Assembly: GCA_963514005.1 (NCBI GenBank)
Contig: OY740818.1
Coordinates: forward strand, 17,608,001-17,672,000
Length of the DNA stretch: 64,000 nucleotides
Source of the DNA: Raja brachyura
Taxonomy: Eukaryota
Reading direction: 5' to 3'
A program made the translations under genes and the position numbers. The notes below the pieces were generated by a model. That model was not told where the DNA came from and made no database searches. It worked only from the letters and a program-made list of their open reading frames with translations. Every line of letters begins with the position of its first letter. Positions within the stretch are counted from its first letter, which is position 1. Positions 25,151 through 37,680 of this stretch are shown here, piece by piece.

Positions 25151-26023
25151 ACTTATTGGGTATCTGTGTGACTTCTTGGAGACTCCTAACCTTCAGAACA
25201 GAAATTTCAGAAGCCCTCTGATGGACACAAAATGCTAGAGTAACAGTGGGTCAGGCAGCATCCCTGAAGAACATGGATAGGTAACGTTGTGGGTCGGGAC
25301 CCTCCTTAGGTGGAGGGTTACTCCAGCATTTTAGTTTGTTGTATCTCGGAGATACAGCGTGGAAACAGGCCCTTCGGCCCACCTAGTCCGCACCGAACAG
25401 CAATCCCCGTGCATTAATTCTACCTAGGCAAGCAACTGGAATCAGTATTGAAGCTGTGTTTCTAGTGCTCTAATGCAACAACTGCCACCCATTTTTTGTG
25501 CGTAGACAAAAATGCTGGAGATCCTCAGTGGGTGAGGCAGCATCTATGGAGCGCAGGAAATAGGCGACGTTTTGGGTCGAGACACTTCTTCAGACTGATG
25601 GAAGGTCTCGATCTGAAACGTCGCCTATTCCCTCGCTCCATAGACACAAGACTATCAATCCAATCACTTTTATTCGTCACATTGCACATACAGTGCAAGT
25701 GAAATGAATTTGGAGAAAATTTATTTCACTTCAAATGCTGCCTCACCTGCTGAGTTTCTCCAGCATTTTTGTCTACCTTCGATTTTTCAGCATCTACAGT
25801 TTCTTCTTAAACTTTACCCATTGTCTGTGTCTATTTTTGGTATAAAGTAGCATCTGCATTTTTATAACAGGGTGGATTTTGCATTGAATGTGGAGTAGCA
25901 ATGGGCTGGGAATGCTGAGGGAGACGGCATGGTGCAGAGCATGGGGGCGCAGGGGGCATTGCATGAGCATGGAGCGGCGGGGGGCATTGCTTAGGCATTG
26001 CATGGGCATGGGCAGGGGGAATT

Positions 26024-27046
26024 ACGAGCCACTACGAAATATCTACAGACTCGCTACCGACATTACCCGACATTCCCCGAGTTCGGATCAAGGAGAAAAC
26101 CCGGGAGAGTTCGTGAGTAACTCGGGAAAGTGGGACAGGGACTTTACTCAGCGAGACAGGCAGCATCTCTGGAGAGAAGGAATGGAGAGACCCAAGGGTC
26201 TCGACCCGAAACGTCACCCGTTCCTTCTCTCCAGAGATGCTGCCTGTCCCACTGAGTTACTCCAGCATTGTGTGTCTATCTTCGATTTGAAGCAGCATCT
26301 GCAGTTCTTTCCTACACTAAAGAATGTGTGTCTGTTGTAGCCATTGGGTTAGGCAGAATATGCTGATGGGAACACTAAACAAAGGTCTGTGGGATCTGCT
26401 GGAGAATTGTTTCAGCGCAGTATGTTGTTCCCACTGGGTTCTGGGTTGAGGAAATGTAAACTTTGGTGATGTCAGAGCCCTGAAGCAATTTAATATACAA
26501 ATATATATGTTTAAATAGTTGAATTATTTACATGAAGACTATCGTGGCAGCCGAGATGATGTATTGCTGCTGTAGTCTGTAGGTGTTGAAGGAAACAATT
26601 GTCATTTGTAGAACATGAACATAGATGTTATGTGTGGCATAGATCAGGCCATTCGGCCCATAATGTACGTGCCAAACATGAAGCAAAGATAAACTAAACT
26701 GCTTGGTCTGCACATGATCCATACCCCATTCCCTGCTTATCCATGTACTTATCGGAAACTCTCTTCAATGCCACTACCTCCGCCATCTGAGGTATCACAT
26801 CTGCTACCTCTCCTACTTCTGTCTCCGTCATTAGCCCTGACACCCTGTACTGAGCAGTAACTATACCAGATGCTGATGAAACCACAACTTTGTGCACTGC
26901 TGGTCACCGAGCTGAAGGGCTGATGTCATTTAAGCTGGAAAGGGTTTCAGAAATATTCACGTGAATGTCACCAGCTCAGGAGGGAGTGAGTTATAAGAGA
27001 GACTATATAAATTGGGGCACTTTTATTTGTGGAGCGTAAGAGGGGG
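26024..27046 (+). repeat. ~1023-bp direct duplication of 29681-30703
   Basis: Same 3657-bp offset at both ends, only scattered substitutions. Confidence 0.95.
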
Positions 27047-28500
27047 CAGATCGCATTGCATGGGCATGGTGGGGCAGGGGGCATTGCATGAGCATGGAGG
27101 GCGCAGGGGGCATTGCATGAGCATGGAGGGCGCAGGGGGCATTGCATGAGCATGGAGGGCGCAGGGGGCATTGCATGGAGGGGGCAGGGAACATTGCATG
27201 GAGGGGGCGGGGAACATTGCATGGAGGGGCGGGGAACATTGCATGTTGGGGCAGGGAGCATTGCATGGAGGGGCAGGGAGCATTGCATGGGCATGGAGGG
27301 ACAGGGAACATTGCATGGGCATGGAGGGGGCAGGGGGCATTGCATGGAGGGACAGGGAACATTGCATGGAGGGACAGGGAACATTGCATGGAGGGGCGGG
27401 GAACATTGCATGGAGGGGCGGGGAACATTGCATGGAGGGGCGGGGAACATTGCATGGAGGGGCGGGGAACATTGCATGGAGGGGCGGGGAACATTGCATG
27501 GTGGGGCAGGGAGCATTGCATGGAGGGGCAGGGAGCATTGCATGGGCATGGAGGGACAGGGAACATTGCATGGGCATGGAGGGGGCAGGGGGCATTGCAT
27601 GGAGGGACAGGGAGCATTGCATGGAGGGACGGGGAACATTGCATGGAGGGGCGGGGAACATTGCATGGAGGGGCGGGGAACATTGCATGGAGGGGCGGGG
27701 AACATTGCATGGAGGGGCGGGGAACATTGCATGGAGGGGTGGGGAACATTGCATGGTGGGGCAGGGAGCATTGCATGGAGGGGCAGGGAGCATTGCATGG
27801 GCATGGAGGGACAGGGAACATTGCATGGGCATGGAGGGGGCAGGGGGCATTGCATGGAGGGACAGGGAACATTGCATGGAGGGACAGGGAACATTGCATG
27901 GAGGGGCGGGGAACATTGCATGGAGGGGCGGGGAACATTGCATGGAGGGGCGGGGAACATTGCATGGAGGGGCGGGGAACATTGCATGGTGGGGCAGGGA
28001 GCATTGCATGGAGGGGCAGGGAGCATTGCATGGGCATGGAGGGACAGGGAACATTGCATGGGCATGGAGGGGGCAGGGGGCATTGCATGGAGGGACAGGG
28101 AACATTGCATGGAGGGACGGGGAACATTGCATGGAGGGGCGGGGAACATTGCATGGAGGGGCGGGGAACATTGCATGGAGGGGCGGGGAACATTGCATGG
28201 AGGGGCGGGGAACATTGCATGGTGGGGCAGGGAGCATTGCATGGAGGGGCAGGGAGCATTGCATGGGCATGGAGGGACAGGGAACATTGCATGGGCATGG
28301 AGGGGGCAGGGGGCATTGCATGGAGGGACAGGGAACATTGCATGGAGGGACGGGGAACATTGCATGGAGGGGCGGGGAACATTGCATGGAGGGGCGGGGA
28401 ACATTGCATGGAGGGGCGGGGAACATTGCATGGAGGGGCGGGGAACATTGCATGGAGGGGCGGGGAACATTGCATGGAGGGGCGGGGAACATTGCATGGG
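27047..28500. repeat. G-rich minisatellite, 22-bp unit GGGGAACATTGCATGGAGGGGC, with higher-order 233/255-bp period; degenerate start at about 25925-26020
   Basis: Variant unit recurs at 27246, 27501, 27756, 27989 and 28222. Confidence 0.95.
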
Positions 28501-28647
28501 GCTGGACGCTGCTGCAGGAATCCGCCTCCGTGGGAACCTCCCTCGCCCCAGGCAGCGCGTCACGAGTCCCCGCCCTCGCGAGAGGGGGCGGGGCCAGGCC
28601 TGGGCTGGCGGTGATTGACAGCGGCGGTCCCGGGCCGGCGGGTGAGT
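28500..28647 (+). promoter_or_regulatory. SLC29A3: Probable CpG-rich promoter and non-coding first exon of SLC29A3 (donor after 28641)
   Basis: CpG-dense unique segment. CLEAR/E-box-like GTCACGAG at 28559-28566, GC boxes CCCCGCCC (~28568) and GGGGGCGGGGCC (~28584), strong donor CGG|GTGAGT at 28642. It lies about 8.8 kb upstream of the exon 2 acceptor. Confidence 0.65.
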
Positions 28648-29491
28648 GAGTGGGTGACGGGGGGAGGGAATCCCCGGGACACGGGTGCAGCAGCCCCCGC
28701 ACCTAACCCCCCCGCACCCCGCACCCCCGCACCCCACCCCGGGCAAGGCAACCTCCCGGACCCGCACCCCCACAGTGGGGCACGGGGAGGGAGTTGGTGA
28801 AGGAGGTGGAGGGGGAAGGGAGGGAGAGGAGGGGAGGGAGAGAGGGGTGGATAGGGAAGAGGGGGTGGGTGGGGGGGGGGGGGTAGAGGGGGGGAGGCAG
28901 GGTGGTGGTGGAGGTGGAGGGGAGAAGGATAGGATGGTGGGCAGGATATGGAGGCGGAGGAGCAAGGCAGCAACTACCACCATGCCACCCATGTGTGTGT
29001 GTGTCTGCAACAGCATCTGCAGTTCATTTTTATTACATGATGGATATTGCATTTAATGTGGAGAAGGAATGGGCTGTGAATGCTGAGGGAAGCAGGGTCC
29101 TGCAGGGACCACCCAAAAGACTTGCTTTAAATAACAATTGTCAGTGGGGTGGGAGTAAGTGTTTGCTTCAGCTGAGTTTGCATGGTGTGTTTTACCACGG
29201 GTTCTGTTGTCAAAGTCAAGTCAAGTCAAAAGAGTTTATTGTCATGTGTCCCTGACAGGACAATGAAAATCTTTCTTTGCATAGCACAACAGAACATAGG
29301 AGTCTCTAGACTCTATAGTATAGAGTGTGAACTTGGGGTGCTGGGGTGGTGATGTTTTAAGCATTTGTTTAGTTTAGCATTATTATGGTATTTCAAGATG
29401 ATATGATATTTTCTGACATAATTAGGTCATCTGCTGGAATTGGTAGGAAAGAACTGCTAATTGGTAGGAAAGACACATAATGCTAGAGTAA

Positions 29492-29800
29492 AGGCCCTGT
29501 CCCACTTTCCCGAGTTACTCACGAATTCTCCCGAGTTTTTCCCTTGATTCGAACTCGGAGAATTACGGTAATAGCCGTTCGTAGGTACTCGGGGCTATTT
29601 TTCTAACTCGTGGACATTTTTCAACATGTTGAAAAAACGTACCGAGTTACCTGATGCCCCGAGTTCCTACGGCTGGCATCACGAGCCGCTACGAAATATC
29701 TGCGGACTCGCTACCGACATTCCCCGACATTCCCCGAGTTCGGATCAAGGGGAAAACTCGGGAGAGTTCGTGAGTAACTCGGGAAAGTGGGACAGGGACT
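29492..29800. mobile_element. Harbinger-type MITE inserted in a Penelope-derived repeat
   Basis: TIR AGGCCCTGTCCCACTTTCCCGAGTTACTCACGAA; TAA/TTA flanks. Confidence 0.85.
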
Positions 29801-31845
29801 TTACTCAGCGAGACAGGCAGCATCTCTGGAGAGAAGGAATGGAGAGACCCAAGGGTCTCGACCCAAAACGTCACCCGTTCCTTCTCTCCAGAGATGCTGC
29901 CTGTCCCTCTGAGTTACTCCAGCATTGTGTGTCTATATTGGATTTAAAGCAGCATCTGCAGTTCTTTCCTACACTAAAGAATGTGTGTCTGTCGTAGCCA
30001 TTGGGTTAGGCAGACTATGCTGATGGCAACACTAAACAAAGGTCTGTGGGATCTGCTGGAGAATTGTTTCAGCGCAGTATGTTGTTCCCACTGGGTTCTG
30101 GGTTGAGGAAATGCAAACTTTGGTGATGTCAGAGCCCTGAAGCAATTTAATATACAAATATATATGTTTAAATAGTTGAATTATTTACATGAAGACTGAC
30201 GTGGCAGCCGAGATGATGTATTGCTGCTGTAGTCTGTAGGAGCTGATGGAAACAATTGTTATTTGTAGAACATGAACATAGATGTTATGTGCGGCATAGA
30301 TCAGGCCATTCGGCCCATAATGTCCGTGCCAAACATGAAGCAAAGATAAACTAAACTGCTTGGTCTGCACACGATCCATATCCCATTCCCTGCTTATCCG
30401 TGTACTTATCGGAAACTCTCTTAAATGCCACTACCTCCGCCATCTGAGGTATCACATCTGCTACCTCTCCTACTTCTGTCTCCGTCATTAGCCCTGACAC
30501 CCTGTACTGAGCAGTAACTATACCAGATGCTGATGAAACCACAACTTTGTGCACTGCTGGTCACCGAGCTGAAGGGCTGATGTCATTTAAGCTGGAAAGG
30601 GTTTCAGAAATATTCACGTGAATGTCACCAGCTCAGGAGTGAGTGAGTTATAAGAGAGACTATATAAATTGGGGCACTTTTATTTGTGGAGCGTAAGAGG
30701 GGGATGACTTTTACATAAGTTTATAAAACCATGCGGAACAAGGTAAATAGTCAGTCTTTTTTTCACCATGTTAGGGGAGTCTAAAAATTAGAGGGCATTG
30801 GCTTGAGGCGAGGGAGGAAAGATTTAAAGTGATCTGACTGGCAATGGTTTCACACAGAGGGTAGAGGGTAGATGGAACGTGCTGATAGAGGAGATAGTTG
30901 AGGGGGGCAGGTACGAGCTGTCAGAAGAAGTGTTGAAGAGGGTGCTGTTACATTTAAAAGACACATGGCCAGGTACATGGACAGGAATGGTTCAGGGGGA
31001 TGTGGGCCAAACGCCATTTAATGGGACTGACTCGGGTGGCAACTTGGTCAGCATAGGCTAGATGGGCCAAAGGGCCTGTTTCCATGTCTTGAATGAGTGC
31101 AGCATTTGAAACAACAGTTGAGTTAAGTACCATACAGATGTCCTTGCATAGTGACTAAGATGGGGCGTTAAATATTACAGGATGATAGGTAAATTGGCAA
31201 ATGAGGGCAGGTAAATAAATGCCAAGTTTAGGGACTACTCCGCACATCAGGACATATCAGAGTTGGATATATAGGGAGAGAAACAGTTAATGTTTCAGTC
31301 AAAGTCCCCATGTTGGGATGGGAAGGAGGCATTAGAAAATTATCCCTGCAGAGAGATGGTGAATATCTCTGATAGCGTGAAATCAGTGTAACCATGGGAA
31401 TAAGCTGCAAGATTATCTGGTCAATGCATGAAACGTTACACCAGTTTTTCTTCCTAGAGATGTGCTCTGACCTGTTTTGGATTTCCAGCATATTCGGCTT
31501 GTATTTTAGATTTGCAACGCGCGGCCATTTGAGGTGAGGCAGCTTGGTAATGAAGAACCTTGGAAAGGCAATGGAGAGAGATCCCGAGCTTCAAAAAGCC
31601 AAGAAGTAGAATCAGTCTGGGTGGTGTTCACAGATGGAGCAGAAGTCTGGCAGGGGAAGCAAGAAATGTTCTTGAAGAGATCGAGTAGGCGAAGATGTGT
31701 TGGACGGAATTGCATACGCTGGTCTAAACCAAAGAGAGACACAAAAAGCTGGAATAACTCAGTGGGTCAGGCAGCATCTCTGGAGAAAAGGCATCTCTGG
31801 AGAAAAGGCATAGGTGATGTTTTGGGTCGAGACCCTTCTTCAGAC

Positions 31846-32239
31846 CAAAGATCCTATAGCGGAGCAAGATAGACCACTCCTACTAAATGCAATGGGCTGA
31901 CGTGTAGTACGCAACGGAGCGGAACGTGGGCCTTTTTTTCATCCATTTCAATAACCCGACTCGCAGTGTAATCAACGTTGCAGGGGAACAGTTTGAGTTA
32001 ATAAATTAAAATTCTGAAGATGAGGAGAAGATTTTTACCAAAGAACTTTTATTTTTACGAGGATGTTTCCGTAACCGGCTTCCGTCTCCGCACTAGTATC
32101 TTTGCTCCGCTACGGGATCTTTGGTACGGAGACGGAAGCCGGTTACGGAAATGGGGCCGAACATTACCCATGAATCTGCCCATGACCGTACTACGTCTTT
32201 TTCGCCGAGTGATCTATCTTGCTCGCTGTAGGATCTTTG
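31846..32239. mobile_element. Non-autonomous DNA transposon (P- or hAT-like), 394 bp
   Basis: ~33-bp TIR CAAAGATCCTA.AGCG.AGCAAGATAGA; 8-bp TSD CTTCAGAC. Confidence 0.85.
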
Positions 32240-32891
32240 CTTCAGACTGAGAGTCAGGGGAAAGGGAAAGGAGAGATATTGATGGCGATGTGGAGCGAGA
32301 AAGGACAAATGAATTAAAGATATGCAAAAAAAGTAACGATGATAAAGGAAACCGACCATTGTTGGCTGTGAGCTCGGTGAAAACAAGTACAGACAAAGAG
32401 ACTCCACACGACGACTTTGAACCTAGTGTGACAGGGGTGGGGGAGGGATGGAGAGGGAGGGGTTGCTTCAGTGGCAGCAAGGATGGGAAAGAAGTCCATT
32501 AACAAGTGGCTCTGATTTTTTTTTAAATTATGTACTAAAAACATATGGAGCTGTCTATCGATTTCCAAACGCTCACAATGACGCAGGGTATGGTATAAAT
32601 CATGAATTCGATGTATAGCACAGGTGCAGTACAATCATGAGGATATTAGCCAATCATTTTGTCAAATAATTAGTTTATTGTACTAAGGGAGAGTTTTCTA
32701 GATCAGTGTAAACAATGAGGTATAAAGGTATTGGAAGCAACTGCAGATGCTGGTTTAAACCGAAGATAGACACAACCTGCCGGAGTAACTAGAGAGAAGG
32801 AATGGGTGACGTTTCGGTTCTGAAGAAGGGTCTCGGCTCGAAACATCGTCCATTCCTTCTCACCAGAGATGCTGCCTATCCAGCTGAGTAA

Positions 32892-33495
32892 AGGGCCTGT
32901 CCTACCAGCATCAGACTCCATGCGATGGGCGCGATCAAACTAGAAGCGGGGGCCGCGCGGAGGACGGGTGATCCAAATGTACAGGGCCGTTCCCACCTAC
33001 ATGCGGCAAGCGCGACCAAACCGGCAGCGAGGGCCGCGCGGAGGTCGGATGAGTGGCGCAACGCGGCGCAAAGTGAGGCGAACTTGGAGCGAAGTCTTCA
33101 AGGTAAGTTCGCCAGGACAGAGAGGGGCACAGAGGTACACACAGAGAGGGGCACAGAGGCACACACAGAGAGGGGCACAGAGGCACACACAGAGAGGGGC
33201 ACAGAGGCACACACAGAGAGGGTCACGGAGGCACCTACAGAGAGAGTCACGGAGGCACGACGTCGAGGCGGTGTGTAATGCGTCGAGGCGACTACGAGCC
33301 GACAAGCCTTTGCCGCGCGGAATTTTTGAACATAGTCAGTTTTTCGGAGCCCTGCGCGATGTCGGGACGAACTCCGCACAATTCCGCACGGCTCTGGCGA
33401 TCGAAGTGGGACCGGCCCCGCGACGCCGGACAGCTCAAGCGACCACGTTAGGTCGCGCTCATCGCATAGAGTTGCATGCTGGTGGGACAGGCCCT
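32892..33495. mobile_element. Harbinger-type MITE, long GC-rich subfamily with internal 24-bp tandem repeat
   Basis: TIR AGGGCCTGTCC.ACCAGCA, TAA TSD; inverted homologue at 42085-42615. Confidence 0.85.
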
Positions 33496-34164
33496 TAACT
33501 CAGCATTTTATGTCTATCTGAGGTATAAAGGTACCTTAGTTCCTGTATTGTGTAAGGAGGAAGAACTAAATTAATGATCTGGTTATTAAGGGGCTTTCAG
33601 GGAGCAGTAATCATAATGAGAACGCATGTTATCCAAGCACTTACAGTGATTAGTTCTATCTGACATAAGGGTCTTCAGTTTGAACAAAGCAAACTCCAAT
33701 GGTATGGTGTGTGCTGACAGTGGTAGATGTAAAACGATCTCACAGCAGACAGGCAGTTAACATTTAAAGAATTAACACATGGATTTCAACAAATCTATAA
33801 TCACTTCAAGGTACAAAACTCAACTAGGAAAATAGATCCAGCTGTGACTAATAATGGGATTAGATCAAAGGAAAAAAGCTTATGTTACCAAAACCGTTGT
33901 GAACCTGAGTGTTAAGAAACATCCATCTCAGAAAAGGTGTATAGGCATTGATAAGCAAAAGATGAAGGTGGAATATGAGGGTAATCTAACGAGAAAGATA
34001 AAAACTTCTGAATGCGTATAAACGGACGTGCATTAAAGATCATCGTTCTGTTTTCCACGTAACAAACTATTTTGGGGAGTAAGAAAATTCAGATACATTT
34101 GACAAATATGTTGTGCCTGTTTGCACAGAAGACACAGAAAACTGGAAATAGGGATTAGACAAAG

Positions 34165-35110
34165 GCTCAAAATGCTGGAGCAACTCAGCGGGCCAGGCAG
34201 CATCTCTGGTGAAAAGGAATAGGTGACTCTTCAGGCCGAGAGTCAGGGGAGAGGGCAACTAGAGGTATGGAAAAAGTACAGAAAAAAATTAACTGCCACC
34301 AATGACTCGGGAAAGGTGGAGCCCACAATGGTCTGTTGTTGGCTGTGGAAAAGGTGATGGTGAAGGGGCACAAAGTGTGAGACCAGCGAGACGGCTCGGG
34401 TGGGGGAGGGACGGACAGAGAGGGAATGCAAGGGTTACCTGAAATTAGAACAATCACTATACATGCCGCTGGGTTGTAAGCTGCCCAAGAGATATATGAC
34501 ATGCTGTTCTTCTGCTTTGCATGTGCTCTCATTCTGACAGTAAAGGAGGCCCAGGACAGAACGGTTAGTACAGCAATGAGGTGAGAGGATGACATCTAAA
34601 TTCAATGAAGTGTGTAAGAAGGATTAGCAGGAATGTCAGAGTGAGGCCACACGCAAACTGGAGGAACAGCACCTTATATTCTGCTCAGCTTACAACCTAA
34701 TGGAGTGAACATAGTTACCCAAAAATGGAGATTTCTATCACAGACAACCCCTATTGATTCCCGTCCCCTTCCCTGTGCCCACGTAGACTCGCACCCATTT
34801 CTCCCCTTCCACCTACATATATTCCTTCCTCTAGCTTCACAACACACATCTTCTATCCTTGCCTGACACTATTTGTCTTTTCAACTTTGCCCTTTGTCCA
34901 ACCATCTGCATTTCACCCCCCCCCCCCCCTCACCTATATCCACCTATCACTCACCAGGTTTTGTCTTCCCCTCCCCACGTCAATCATAATCAGTCTGAAG
35001 AAGGTCCCGGTCCGAAAAGTCACCTATCCATGTTCTCCAAAGAAGCTGCCTGACCCACTGGGATCCTCCAGTACTTTGTGTATTTTTTTTTTGTAATATA
35101 GCATCTGCAG
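34165..35110. mobile_element. Penelope-like fragments in opposite orientations
   Basis: Degenerate KLEEQHLIF.L..LQP.GMNI endonuclease ends and pLTR sequence on both strands. Confidence 0.65.
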
Positions 35111-35136
35111 TTTTTTTGGACTCCAACGAGGAGTTA

Positions 35137-35442
35137 AGGGCCTGTCCCACTGTACGAGGCTATTCAAGAACTCACCCGAGTTTCCTCTGATTCGAACTTG
35201 GAGAATTACAGTAATGGCCGCTCGTAGGTACTCGGGGCTCTCGTGGACATTTTTCAACATGTTGAAAAAACTTCAAGAGCTTACCGCATTTCCCGAGTAC
35301 CTGCCGTTAGCGTTACGAGCCGCTAAGAGACGTCCCGAGCTCTGACGTACCCGATACGTACATTGTACGTGCTTCCACGAGTTTGATTTTTTTTAAAACT
35401 CGGGAGAGCTCTTGGGTAAACTTGTATCGTGGGACAGGCCCT
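35137..35442. mobile_element. Harbinger-type MITE
   Basis: TIR AGGGCCTGTCCCAC, TTA TSD. Confidence 0.85.
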
Positions 35443-36774
35443 TTACTGTGTTGTTTTAACAAGTAAGTAGGTTAAAAAAAAAATGGTGTTATAAAAGGAT
35501 TTGAATACAGGAAAATAAGTCTTGATCCAGTTGCAAATTTCGAGATGCTTGATAGGCTGAATGAGGAGTTAGTGTGTCTGCTGACTGGAGTGGCAAGAGC
35601 CAAGGGCTGAGCCTCAAAATAAGTGCTCGATTAGAAGAGTTGTCTCCACTCCTGAGAGTTTACTACCCAAAGCAGATGAGGAAGCTCGGTGACTGGGTAT
35701 ATTCAACACTATTGTTGTCTATCTAGAAGTATATTTAAATATAATTCTGGAAGTTGCGGCTTGCCTGCAGTCCTTCTGTCTTCTTTTTTTTGTTTTGTTT
35801 TTGTCTTGTTAGATGTATGTTTTAGTCTATTTTTAGTTGTATATATGTGGGGGGTGGGGGGAAACATAAAACCAAAATCTCTTCCTTCAACGGGGAGGCG
35901 ACCTTTTCCTTGTCGTATCTCCGTCTACATCTGCGCTGAGGCCTAATATCGTGGAGCTGGCGGCCTCCAACTGGGATCGACCTTGGGGCTCCGGCGGCAG
36001 AGCCTGTGGACTCGCCATCGTGGAGCTGGTTGTGGTGGCGCTGTGACCCAACTGCGGAGGCTTCGGCCGCGAGCCCTGTGGACGGTAACATCGGGAGCTC
36101 GCAGGTCCCCGGTCGTTGACCGATTTTCGTGAGCACTCGCAACAGCAGCTTCTTCTGCCCCCGAATCGCGGAGTTTGAATCCGCCCGTTCATGGAGCTTA
36201 AATCGGTCGTGGGGTTTACCATCCCCCGGCGGGGGCTTCAACATCGAGAGCCTCGATCTCCTCGACGCAGCGGGAGAACAAACAAGGAAGAGATAAGACT
36301 TTTTGCCTTCCATCAGTGAGGAGGTGCCTGGAGATTCACTGTGATTGATGTTTGTGTTAAATTGTGTTAATTGTGTGTTTTGTTGCTTTTATCTGTCACG
36401 TACTGCATGGTACAAAATTTTGTTCAAACTTAGGTTTGAATGACAATAAAGAAAATTCATTCAAATACGGCGATAGCGCAAGAAAGTGGCGTTGAGGTAT
36501 TGCATTAGAATGTCAGATCAGACATGAGGGGCCGAAGGGCCTACCTCTGCGTCTATTTCTGTAGAAGTTTATAGCAGAGGAAGGTAAAGCACATTCTGGT
36601 GGGTAGTCAATGAAGATCTTCAATGAAGATCCCGTTGAACTTCCCCTTTTCCCACTTTGATGCCATATAGATAGTAATCTGACGCCATTTAGATCAGTAC
36701 CACTTGTCGCATATCTCCTTGATTCTTATGGATTGAAAAAAAATCTAAAGTCCATGAAGTCTAAAGAAGATCGA

Positions 36775-37153
36775 AACATTGAAACATATAAGATTGTTAA
36801 GGGTTTGGACACGCTAGAGGCAGGAAACATGTTCCCGATGTTGGGGGAGTCCAGAACCAGGGGACGCAGTTTAAGAATAAGGGGTAAGCCATTTAGAACG
36901 GAGACGAGGAAACACTTTTTCTCACAGAGAGTGGTAAGTCTGTGGAATTCTCTGCCTCAGAGGGCGATGGAGGCCGGTTCTCTGGATGCTTTCAAGAGCG
37001 AGCTACATAGGGCTCTTAAAAATAACGGAGTCAGGGGGATATGGGGAGAAGGCAGGAACGGGGTCCTGATTGGGGATGGCCAGCCATGGTCACATTGAAT
37101 GGCGGTGCTGGCCCGAAGGGCCGAATGGCCTACTCCTGCACCTATTGTCTATT
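36775..37153 (+). mobile_element. CR1 LINE 3' fragment in SLC29A3 intron 1
   Basis: IETYKIVKGLD...FFSQRVVSLWNSLP. Confidence 0.88.
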
Positions 37154-37425
37154 GATGTAAAATATCAGCCATAAACCGATAGATGGGATGCTGCGTGGCT
37201 TACGTCCCTTCCTCCTCCCATTGCTGATGTTCCCACTTTGCTCCGTCAACTGTCAGGGAATTCAGAGGTTCACTTTGAGTTGGATATTGTCCACACGTGA
37301 ACAACTCTGCTGTCTTCTGGGGACGGAAAAAAAAATCGTAATAATGTTTTTTTTGTTCTGTTTCGGATGTCAGGAGGCCTGAAAAGGGGGAAGTAGATAT
37401 TCCAGTTGTTCCGACTTCAGAAGCG

Positions 37426-37680
37426 ATGGAGATTGAGGACCCACTCTACGCGTTCCCTAGCCCACAAACACCAGAGGAGGATCCTCTGATCGGCAAGCCG
37501 TTGCTGAGGGGCCGTTTCCGGCAGCCGCCTCCGGATTCGTACAACGGCGTGTACGCCATCTTCTTCATCCTCGGTATTGGATCGCTGCTGCCTTGGAACT
37601 TCTTCTGCACTGCCAAGCATTACTGGTTGTATAAGCTGGCCAACGGCACAGATGGATCGCGCCAGGAGAATGACCTTCCT
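37426..37680 (+). CDS. SLC29A3: SLC29A3 coding exon (exon 2): N-terminus, dileucine motif, TM1
   Basis: Acceptor ttcag at 37416-37420, ATG 37426, MEIEDPLY...EEDPLI...[33 protein letters not shown]...DLP, donor gtgagt at 37681. Confidence 0.93.

Noticed and set aside
27047-28500. CRISPR-like periodicity
   Set aside because: No unique spacers, no cas genes, vertebrate context
26968-29052. 490-690 aa repetitive ORFs in all six frames
   Set aside because: Minisatellite artefact
32925-33498. ORFs with HTERGTEA repeats (also 42034-42630)
   Set aside because: Internal 24-bp repeat of a non-coding MITE; no transposase motifs
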